Shown: one piece after another, positions 1 to 9,790 of the stretch
Numbering within the stretch: the stretch's first letter is position 1
How the letters are laid out: every line of letters starts with the position of its first letter
From: Cetorhinus maximus
Taxonomy: Eukaryota
Length of the DNA stretch: 64,000 nt
NCBI RefSeq assembly: GCF_964194155.1
Contig: NC_135892.1
Location: 11,780,001 to 11,844,000, forward strand
Reading direction: 5' to 3'
Notes under the pieces: model-generated
Database searches by the model: none
What the model saw: only the letters and a program-made list of their open reading frames with translations
Told to the model about the DNA's origin: nothing
Translations under genes and position numbers: made by a program

Positions 1-1250
1 GGATTAGTCAAGGAGAATATGGCATAAATGCAAAATTACATAGAACGTCTTTCATTCCTCTGGCCAGGGCAGTCTCAGTGCTGTAAGCAGGGCAGAAACC
101 AGACTGAAGGTATTTGAATAGGATGTTATAGAAAGGAAAAGGAAAGAAGGAATTGCATTGATATAGCGCTTTTCACGACCACCAGATGTCTCAAAGCACT
201 TTATAGTCAATTTTTTCAAGCGTAGTCACCTTTGTAATGTAGGAAACATGGCAGCCAATTTGCGCACAGCAAGCTCCCATACACAGCAACGTGATGATGG
301 CCAGATAATCTGCGATGTTGATTGAGGGATAAATATCGGCCAGGATACTGGAGATAACTCCCCTGCTCTTCTTAAAAATAGTGCCATCTGAGCTTTTGCA
401 TTCACCCGAGCAGGCCAATGGAGCCTCAGTTTAATGTCTCATCCAAAAGGCATCACTGCAGCACTCCCTTAGTGTCAGTCCAGATTTTTGTGCTCAAACC
501 TGTGAGTGGGGCTTGAACCCAGAACTTGGCGATTGAGGAGTGAGTGCTCTACCAACTGAGCCGCAGCTGAGACTAGAAAGCATTTTGGAGCAATGACCAT
601 GGAACTGGGAGGCCATGAGCTACCTGTAGACCTTAGAGAGGAAAGCATGGGCAGGAGGAAATGGTCACTTGAGAGAGTGTCTCGACCAAGAGGGAGCTAT
701 ATGAGGAGAAAGGTGAAGATGGTAGCTTTGATAGGAAGAGGGATAGTGCTTAGTCAAAGGAAGCCATTACAATAAGAAGCCATGGGAGCCAGGAGGGAAA
801 TGGGAGCTGAGTAGGAGCAGTCACTGGGTCCTAAGTGAGCTTGGAGCTGGAAAGGAAGCTGCAAAATGACAGGAGGTTGTTGGGAAATTGCATGGTGGTC
901 AGAAGCAGGAGAAGACGGGAGAAAGGGATGGTAATGGCAGCTGCATAGATGGTCTCAATCTTGGCAGTGAGGAAATCCATGAGCTTTTCCCACTTTGTAT
1001 TGAAGGTGTGAATGGAGGGTGAGGGCAAAAGGTTGAGAAAATGGTTCATCATGGGGACAAAGTGCCTTGGATTGTCCTTACTTTCCAAGATGATCATGGA
1101 GTAATAGGAGGGCGTGACTCAAAAGAGCGATGTGCAGTAGTACATCAAGTAGGTGAATCAGGCAAGGGCTATAGGCAATAAGGGAATTGATGAGATAATC
1201 ATAGTCCTCTCAAGGCTTCAGAATTAGAGTGTTTGAGATGCCAAGGTCCA
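1..1250 (-). mobile_element. Decayed L2-clade LINE ORF2 fragment (linker and start of RT), interrupted by a SINE at 143-570
   Basis: Minus-strand translation gives IILESKDNPR...KWEKLMDFLTAKIETI (831-1097). At 1-136 it gives LQSGFCPAYSTETAL, resembling the L2 RT motif QSGFR..HSTETAL. Many stops and frameshifts. Confidence 0.8.
143..570 (-). mobile_element. Deu-domain tRNA-SINE (SacSINE1-like), near full length
   Basis: Reverse complement has a tRNA-like head (A box GGCTCAGTTGG, B box GGTTCAAGCCC), the Deu-type core ...GGGAGCTTGCTGTGCGCAAATTGGCTGCC and a GCGCTATAT..ATGCAA tail. More than ten related copies occur in the window. Confidence 0.85.
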
Positions 1251-2689
1251 TCCATCAGCACACCCAGGTTCAAACTGTAACTCAACAACCTTGTCAAATC
1301 CTCATCTTCAAAAAACTCACACATCAAACTACCTGACTCTCCCATGGTCATTTACTGATACATGGAACAGGGGCCATTAGTGAACTTCTAAACCATTCTA
1401 GTTCCATTGAGCAGCCATTCCATACTATTCAATGGGAGTGGGAATGCGAGTGCTGGCAATGATGATCACTGCATGAGGAGCAACTCCTCCTTTAACCAAT
1501 TCATCAAAAACTGATCACCTGAGCATTCATTTATACCGCTGGAATTGTATATGGCACAATACTGAGGGTAGGGATGAGTACATATATTATCAGGAGGCTG
1601 GGGCATCAGAGAGCATTAAAAGTATTTTAAAATATATAGCAGCATATTTTCTCTCCAGGCAAAAGGGTTACTCCCCATTCCTGTGAGGTCTTTGTAGGAT
1701 CTGCACATCCATTGAGGTGGCTGTCCTTGGGCTTCCCACCCCACCACCTCCCAACGCAGTCCCGTGCCAAAGCAACACAGAGCATTAGAAATGCAGACCA
1801 GCCCTAGCACCTAACATGGGAAACCTATCCAGTGAGCCCATCCATAGATTGATGGATAGGATGCCCACTACCATTTCTGATGGGTAAATATGGAAGTGGT
1901 GGTAAGGAACCTGTTCAATTGGTTTCCCCTGCCCTTTTCCCTCCCCTGACCACCCTGGATCTGTCCTGAAATCAGGACAAAAAGGAATAGTAAGCTCAGT
2001 AGATATCTTATCTCATAGGACAAAGGGATTAATGAGCATGAAGATGTTGATAGAGAGGAGAGTTACAGTGATGAGTGATAACTACCAGAGATACAATAGG
2101 CACCCAATAAGGTTTGGTATTTCAGTACCTTATTTATTAATGAACATGCCGATCAATGTCTGTCTGTGCGGAATAATGGTTCTGCTCAGGGTCTCAGACT
2201 GGTAATAGACACAATAGATCTGTTTAGTTACCAACCTGCTCTAAGCAGGAAGATTGAAAGTTCTAGTGACAATGAACAGGGGAAAGGAGGGGTTGAGGCC
2301 TGGGCAGTCTCTTACCTCTTGGCAGATGACTAATGAGGGCATTGATCTGGGGGCATGCCACCCCATATAGACACGAATGCCCAATCTCACGCAGGCATCA
2401 GAGCAGAAGAATGGAGTAAAGGGAATTAAATCCAACCGAAAAGGATAATCTCAAGCAAATAAAAACGACCTAAAAGGCAATGGATAGCAAGAAGTGTGCC
2501 AAGTGCTCAAATTTATCTGATAGACTCTCATGATATCAAGAGGCTCAAGAATGATGCTAGAGGAGTTTTGGGACATGCGATCAGTAAATATTAGAAATTT
2601 ATACTTTCAGAGTGGAAGTTTTCTCATCGGGAAAATAGTATCATGAATTATCAGAAATTTCTGGGGCCCACTAAACCAGAATCTGGCAG

Positions 2690-3175
2690 TGCCCTCAAAG
2701 ACAGAGCTCCCAAGTGTCTTGGCACTAATCAAACCGAGATGGCTTCATTGACTCGGGCACATCCACAGGATGGAAGATGGTCAAATGCTCAAGGACCTTC
2801 TATACGGTAAGGGAGCCAGAGCCAGATGAGCAGTGGAGCGCCCAAGGGTCCGTTTCAAGGATGCTTGCAAGTGTGACATGAAGGCCCCAAACATCCACTA
2901 TCATGCCTGGGAGTTGCTAGCTTGTGAAAGAGGGAAATGGCGAGATCTCCTGTTGGCTGGTGTGTGCCACCATGATGAGTGGCTTGGCAACTGGTGCCAA
3001 TGCTCAAAGCAACAGCAGGCAAAGTCACTTGACAATGCCACGTGCGTCTCTTGTGGCAGGATTGGCCTTCACCGCCATCACCAAAGATGCACCAATTGAA
3101 GACACCCCACCAAAAACAATTGTTTGCTGTGTGCCCATCATCTCTCATAGACAGAAGGATGCCAATGCCAACCAT
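2690..3175 (+). mobile_element. RTE-clade LINE 3' end, decayed
   Basis: Translates as LGHIHRMEDGQMLKDLLYG...RPRVRFKDACKCDMK...WELLACERGKWR...CVSCGRIGLHRHHQRC, a typical RTE C-terminus with a CCHH-like finger. Confidence 0.85.
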
Positions 3176-3579
3176 GCCAGAATTCCTGATGTGTGCTCTC
3201 AGGGTTACTGAGCCCTATTTTACTGGAGCTGTGTTAGCCCAAGTTATCAAAGAATGAGTACCTCATCAGGTTAATGTTCATGTCTCTATTGATGCTAACC
3301 TAGTTTCCTTACACTGTCAGGGGAAACTAGTTTGGCAAAGTTATTGACCCTTTCTTATCTTCCAAACACTCACTGGAATAATTAATTTGAACAAGAAGTT
3401 GGATCACAATGGGTTGCAGTTATTTGACTTTTAAACAGACTATGGAGGGAGAGACATCTTCAAATATCCTGCAATGACTCTGTTAGACAGGAGTTTAATT
3501 CTCACCTGCACAGTACCTCAGTAGTGATGATATGATGCATGTTAAACAACTTACATGATAATCCAACACCTACTCAAGG

Positions 3580-3970
3580 AAGTCTTGATTTTAAAATTCT
3601 CACTCCTGTTTCAAATCCCTCCAAACCTTCACCCTTCCCAGTCTCTATAACCTCCTCCAGTCCTACAGCCTACTGACATCGCTGCATTCCTGCAATTCTG
3701 GCCTGTTGAGAATCCCCAATTTTAGTCCCTCTACCAGCAGCCGTTGTGTCTTCAGCTGTCCCGAGGACGTAAGTTCTGAAATTTCCTCCCTAAACCTCTA
3801 CACCTCTCTTTCTTCCTTTAAGATGCTCCTTAAAACCTGCCTATTTGACCAGGACTTTTGGCTGTCAGCCCTAGTATCATCTTATGTGGTTTGGTGTCTA
3901 ATTTTGCTTTATAACCCTGAATTTAGATGTTTTATTCTGTTAATGATGCTGTTTAAATACAAATTGTTGA
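3580..3970 (+). mobile_element. L2 LINE 3' end
   Basis: Decayed DFKIL...SSFKMLLKTCLFDQ ORF2 end plus 3' UTR. Homologous to 45128-45572 and the minus-strand L2 copies. Confidence 0.85.
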
Positions 3971-3982
3971 TATTGAAGTCCT

Positions 3983-4245
3983 CAATATCGTTCCCTACAT
4001 ATTGTAATATAAAGGGTTAATCACTATTATGGTCATAGCTAATATATATGATGTCAGATCACGTGTCTCTAGAACTCAGAGAGAGATGCTTCTGGAAGGA
4101 GCCTCGTATTTATCTGTCTCTGTACATGGTTGTAAATAGTTAATAAACGTGTGGAAGGTCTTCAAGCCTTGTTTCCAGCAGTCTCTGTTAAAACACATCC
4201 TGGGTCTGTTTCTAATGTAACTTCACGTATGGAGGTCACACACCG
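3983..4245 (+). mobile_element. Possible solo LTR
   Basis: Starts TGTAATATAAAGGGTTAAT, contains GATGTCAGATCACGTG and AATAAA (4142), and ends near ...TCACACA. No target-site duplication found. Confidence 0.3.
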
Positions 4246-4992
4246 TGCAAAGCTACTGATTGAGCAGAATATTACACAGAATATAGATCATTGACAGGGA
4301 TGCAGATTTTTAATACAATTTATTGCAATGCAAACTGTTTGCATTCGCCTTATCTGATTGGATTTCTATGTTCTGGTTTACCAACAGAAGCTGTAACTCA
4401 ATCTGAGCACTAGATGGTGCCCCTTTCTTTTCCTGGGACATGCAATGCATTTCCCAATCGAAGGTTTTACAGGTAACAAGTCTGATAGAATTAAAATCTT
4501 TATTGGATCTGCAGATGCTTTTTACACAGCATGGATTACATGTTCACATTTAAATTTTATGTGGCTCAGAGATGTTACCGCAAAATTAGCAAAGAGCTTC
4601 CTATTCCCTTACACACAGAACGACACGTAAATCTATGTCACAAGAGGCAGACAGGCAGACTGACACATTCTGTGCCCTTTAACTGTTGCCTGTTCTTGGT
4701 GAATACTTTAATGTAAATTATTGTTTTCTGTAGGCGGTGGAAGAACTGGCAAAATAAAAGGGTATTCAGAGAAAGAAGCAGTGTGGGTAACCTGTCATTG
4801 TATTTATTTATGGAGATCTTCACTATTCCGAAATATTTACCTCCTACTCTGTAAAACGTTAGGGTTAGAATAAAGAGCTCCTGGTCAGTGGCACCTATCA
4901 ACACACTGAATTTGGTCAAATTAACAGGAGTTACAGATTTAACTGCAATATTTACAGAATTGTCTGTAGTCTAGAATACAAACACTGATAAC

Positions 4993-5420
4993 AATGGCCT
5001 TTAGGGAAGTAAATGTGCCATCCTTACCTGGTCTGGCCTACATGTGACTCCAGACCCACAGCAATGTGGTTGACTCTTAAATGCTCTCAGAAATGGCCTA
5101 GCAAGCCACTCAATTGTACCAAACCACTACAAAGTCTATGAGGAATGAAACTGGACGGACCACTTGGCATTGACTCAGGCGCCAGAAATGACAACAGCAA
5201 ACTCAGCCCTGTTGACCCTGCAAAGTCCTCCTTACTTCACTGTCGCTGGGTCAAAATCCTGGAATTCCCTCCCTAACAGCACCTTGGGTGTACCTACACC
5301 ACAGGGACTGCAGCGGTTCAAGAAGGAAGCTCACCACCACCTTCTCAAGGGCAATTAGGGATGGACAATAAATGCTGACCCAGCCAGCAATGCCCACATC
5401 CCGTGAATGAACAAAAAAAA
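4993..5420 (+). mobile_element. Internally deleted CR1-like LINE (family B): 5' region fused directly to the 3' end
   Basis: 4993-5112 matches 32447-32567. 5235-5420 matches the LINE 3' end at about 7577-7760. Junction CCTCCTTAC/TTCACTGTCGC. Confidence 0.75.
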
Positions 5421-6461
5421 TAATCAAAGGATATGATATCCATAAATGAAAGGGAATTAAATCAAAGAACTACAAATACCATGGTAAACGTGATTTGAAA
5501 TTTTAGAACATTAATTGTATTTGCTGACGGAATTACCAAAATATCTGTTGTAGGGGTGTGAATATGTGTCTATTCTATTGCATTGTTTTTTGTGCAGAAA
5601 GATAAAGGCCAAATTGTTAAGTTTCTATGTAAACATTCGAGGTGAGGGGTAAGAAATGTCAGAAGAAAGCTAAGAACAAGCAATTCCATGTTGCCTTCTG
5701 CTGCCCATACCCTAGGCGTCAGCATATGATATGTTCACAGTTTGTTCACTATTTATATTTATAACTTGCCTTGTTTATGATGGCACTCCCCACTGATCAA
5801 GCAATATTCATGTCACTGTTTTCTCAACTTCCAAACGAAATAAGCAGCTGACTAGTCACCACATCTAGTGTTATATGAATGCAAACCTAGCCATTGATTT
5901 CTGTGAATTTCTTTTCTGTTGCTTTCCCTTAGAGGCATAGGCTGAAGGTACATTCAGCACGACACCAGCAAACTGCCTTCCCTTCTGCTTTCTCTTTTGA
6001 TAACTTATTTCATAGCACCTGCATATTTGTGCAATTGTTCAACCAAATGTCTCCGTGTTTGAATCCTGCCTTTGCAAAGCTCCCCTACTTCCCCGTCTGC
6101 CTCTCTAATTTACGTTGCATGAAGCAGATTGTCTGTGTTTTTTTTTCCTTTGACTTTTTGCATAACCTTCTCTGTACCTTGTCAAAGTCTTGCAAATCAT
6201 CCTCCCAGCAAAAATACGCATATCTCAAAAAAATGTGCACCTGTATATGTAGAGGGAGTCATTAACCACTGGAGTGTACACTCAATTCCAGAACAATGAT
6301 TTACAACACACTGCATAAAGCCTCAGTTACAGCTGTTCAACCATTTACTGAGCCCTCTTTCTCACCATTATTTGGCGATGAATCTTCTATATGCTTCTCA
6401 GTGATCAGGGATTCTACACCTACAGTAAAATGCTATTCAGGAGGCATTGAATTGAAGCCAT

Positions 6462-7241
6462 GGGCTGGATTTTACGTGCCCTCCTCTGGGCATGTTTTCA
6501 GTGGGGGTTGGTGGGGGTGGCACAGGACATGTAAAATAGGTCGGGCGTCTAGCCCACCACCTTCGGGTCCACCCTTGACCTCACCCCCATAATAAGCTAG
6601 GTGGACGGGTGCCCAAATCAGCAGTCCACCCACCATTTATAAATAAATAGCTAAGGGTTATTCAGGCTTGTTAACAAGCCTATTGACCTGAATAACACAC
6701 TACCCATGCTATAATATGGTTGCTGTGGGCAGGCTGTTTTTAAAGGCCAGCATGAACCAAGGTGGGAAGGAAATGGGGGGTCACCTCATGTTGGGTGGGT
6801 GGGGGGTGCCCTGCATGCACCCAGCTGCCAAGATGTTACAGCCCACCTCCTCCCTCCATGCCACCCACCTGACAGAACAGGGACCCCCATCCCCCCTCTT
6901 CCACCTCCCTGGGCTCTGGGATCCCTCCCTACCCTAAAACCCTGGGACTTAACTTCTTGGGGCAGCCTTGTTTCTCTTCAGCCTTCTTCCTGCAGGCCCG
7001 GCAGTGACCACTACCAAACTCTGGCGGTGCTGGGAGTGATGGAGCGGCTGGCCAATCTGATTGGCCAGCAGCTCCCAAGGGCAGGGCTTCCTCCTGAGTG
7101 AGGGGCGGAAGTCCCATTACCCAACAATGTAACCCGCCCGCAGCTTATTACAGCTGCAAGTCGGGCTGAATGGAACGAGCTGCCTTCCGGCTGACTACTT
7201 CTGGGGGCGTGAGCTGTCAGCCCTCCCATAAAATGCAGCCC
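6462..7241. mobile_element. GC-rich non-autonomous TIR element (MITE), probably PIF/Harbinger
   Basis: TIRs GGGCTGGATTTTACG...CATAAAATGCAGCCC (13/15 inverted match), flanked by CAT/CAC. Same family in inverse orientation at 60765-61533. Superfamily is inferred from GGG termini and 3-bp flanks. Confidence 0.75.
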
Positions 7242-7361
7242 CACGTTATTATTTTGGGGAAAGGACATATTAATAAATGAAAATATGGGTTAAAACAGCA
7301 TCTGGACATTTCACTAGGAATCTAATAAGGGACAATCAGATCATTTCATGATTTTGATGAC

Positions 7362-7760
7362 TTTCATTCCCTCCACCACCGACGCACAGTAGCAGCAGTG
7401 TGTACCATCTACAAGATGCACTGCAGCAATTCACCAAGGCTCCTTCAACAGCACCTTCCAACCCCTCAACCTCTACCACCTAGAAGGACAAGGGCAGCAG
7501 ACACATGGGAACACCACCACCTGAAAGTTCGCCTCAAAGCCACACCCCCTCCTGACTTGGAAATATATCACCGTTCCTTCACTGTCGCTGGGTCAAAATC
7601 CTGGAACTCCCTCCCTAACAGCACAGCGGGTGTACCCACACCACATGGACTGCAGCAGTTCAAGAAGGCAGCTCACCACCACCTTCTCAAGGGGCAATTA
7701 GGGATGGGGAACAAATCTGGCCCAGCCAGTGACGCCCACATCCCGTGATGAATGTTAAAA
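7362..7760 (+). mobile_element. CR1-like LINE family B 3' end
   Basis: HSLHHRRTVAAVCTIYKMHCSNSPRLL...SFTVAGSKSWNSLPN...FKKAAHHHLLKG, followed by the tail GACGCCCACATCCC. Confidence 0.9.
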
Positions 7761-8139
7761 GTTCACTGTTAAAATATATATGAGCAAGCTTTAATTCCGT
7801 AGTCATGAGATTCCAACTGTTCCCTAATACTACAGGTCTTAGCATCCCGATTTCAATAAGGAAGATGAAAAAACAGACCTGATAACAGATCCTTGTGCCA
7901 CCCCGCCATCTCAAACTAATCACTGCCATGTTTATAAATATTTCTCTGTTATCGTAAAAATTTCAGCATTGATTATTAAAATGGACAGACAGCCTGTTAA
8001 CTATTGGTTTAAATTGATCTGACAAAGCAGTTGGGTATAGGACTGTGTTTGTTAGAATAGTGACCATCAACATTCCTTATTCTACAAACACAGAATTGTG
8101 ATTTGTATCAGGAAGTGTGGGAATTTCTTTATTTACTAA

Positions 8140-8895
8140 TGTTGCTATTCATCCATGGATGTGGACATCATTGGCAAATTAGCATTTATTGCCGATCCCT
8201 AATTGCCCTTGGGAAGGTGGTGGTTAGTTGCCTTGAACTGCTACAGTCTATTGGGCGTAGACACACCTGCAGTGCTATCAGGCAGCGAGTTCCAGGATTT
8301 TGACCCAGTGATATAAGGAACTGTGGTATGGTTCCAAGTTAGTATGGTATGTGACTTGGACAGTAACTTGCAAGTGGTTTTGCTCCTGCAGACCTGCTGC
8401 CCTTGCACTTCTAGGTAGAAGAGCTTGTGGGTTTGGAAGGTGCTGTTGAAGGAGGCTTGGTGAGTTCCTGCAGTGCATCTTGTACACCGCTGCCACTGTG
8501 CATTGGTGGAGAGAGTGAACATTTAAAGTGGTGAATTGGGTACCAATCAAATGGGCTGCTTTGTTGTGAATGGTTTCAAACTTCTTGAGTGTTGTTGGAG
8601 CTGCACTCATCCAGGCAAGTGGAGAGCATTCCATCACACTCCTGACTTGTGCCTTGTAGATGGTGGACAGGCTTTGGGGAGTCAGGAGGTAAGTTGTTCA
8701 CCACAAAATTCCCAGCGTCTGACCATCTCTTGTAGCCACAGTATTTATATGAGGGTCCAGTTAAGTTTCTGTCAATGATAACCTCCAGGATGTTGATAGT
8801 GGGGAATTTGATGATGGTAATACCATTGAAAGTCAAAGCGAGATGGTTAGATTCTCTTTTGTTGGAGCGAATCATTGCCTGGTGCTTGTGTGACT
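8140..8895 (-). mobile_element. CR1-like LINE family B 3' portion
   Basis: MECSPLAWMSAAPTTLKK...KAAHLIG...SKSWNSLP on the minus strand. Inverted relative to 7362-7760. Confidence 0.9.
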
Positions 8896-8959
8896 GTGGG
8901 TGAAAGTTAATTGTTTCATATTACTATACAATTGCTTAACAGGGTCTCACAAATGTGTT

Positions 8960-9350
8960 AAAAGCAAAAAACTGCAGATGCTGGAAATCCAGAACAAAAA
9001 CAAAAATACCTGGAAAAACTCAGCAGGTCTGACAGCATCTGCGGAGAGGGACACAGTTAACGTTTCGAGTCCTTATGACTCTTCAACAGAACTAAGGAAA
9101 AATAGAAAAGGGGTGAAATATAAGCTGGTTTAAGGCGGGGTGGGACAGGTAGAGCTGAATAGAGGGCCAGTGATAGGTGGAGATAACCAAAAGATGTCAT
9201 AGACAAAAGAACAAAGAGGTGTTGAAGGTGGTGATATTATCTAAGGAATGTGATAATAGGTGACATTAAGGGTAGAAAGCAGGACGAGCAAGGTACAGAT
9301 AGCCCTAGTGGGGGTGGGGTGGGGGGAAGGGATCGAAATAGGCTAAAAAT
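8960..9350 (-). mobile_element. Penelope-like element pseudo-LTR / 3' region
   Basis: GCAGATGCTGGAAATC...GGAAAAACTCAGCAGGTCTGACAGCATCTG block repeated at 33525, 36612, 46670 and 54334. Contains a hammerhead-like motif. Confidence 0.75.
9055..9093 (-). ncRNA. Minimal type-I hammerhead ribozyme-like motif (variant core)
   Basis: Reverse complement AGTT-CTGTTGA-A-GAGTC-ATAAG-GACTC-GAAA-C-GTT-AACT. Stem I AGTT/AACT, stem II GAGTC/GACTC, palindromic AACGTT. Core is CUGUUGA rather than CUGANGA. Confidence 0.6.
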
Positions 9351-9477
9351 GTGTTTTCACAAATGTGTTGTCCAGAGACTAGAGCATGTTTATATTAAAT
9401 ATTTCTTCCCTTTCCTGTCCAGATAGCACTGTCTCTTCCTACTGCACAGTTCCAAAGATACCTTCAGTTCCTTAACA

Positions 9478-9790
9478 AATGGTTATTCTTCACCTGAGAG
9501 TTTGGGCAGGAATTAATACCAGCCTCTTTGGTGTGTCAGATATTATTTCTGAGCCCAATCCCAATCTTACCCAACAAGCTAATACATTCACTTTCCATTA
9601 CAGGCCATCAGATAGTGACCACATGTGGAAATTTCTTTCCACCTTTCCCACTTACAAAAATATATCATCTTATCCTTTTTTGACCCAGGGACAAAGACTA
9701 GTTTTGGCACTCCACTCTCGCCCCAACTCAGACCAGCTAACTAAACACAGGTCAGGAATTCAGTCGGAAATTGGCTTGGAGTTAGATTTT
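9478..9790 (-). mobile_element. Old decayed SINE (family C)
   Basis: Shares diverged blocks (TGGT.ATTCTTCA, GATAGTGA.CA, AGA.CAGCTAACT) with 29150-29340, 42290-42625, 52960-53210 and 57015-57310. Confidence 0.45.

Noticed and set aside
5953-5972. REST/NRSE site
   Set aside because: Only the left half TTCAGCAC matches. The GGACAG half is absent.
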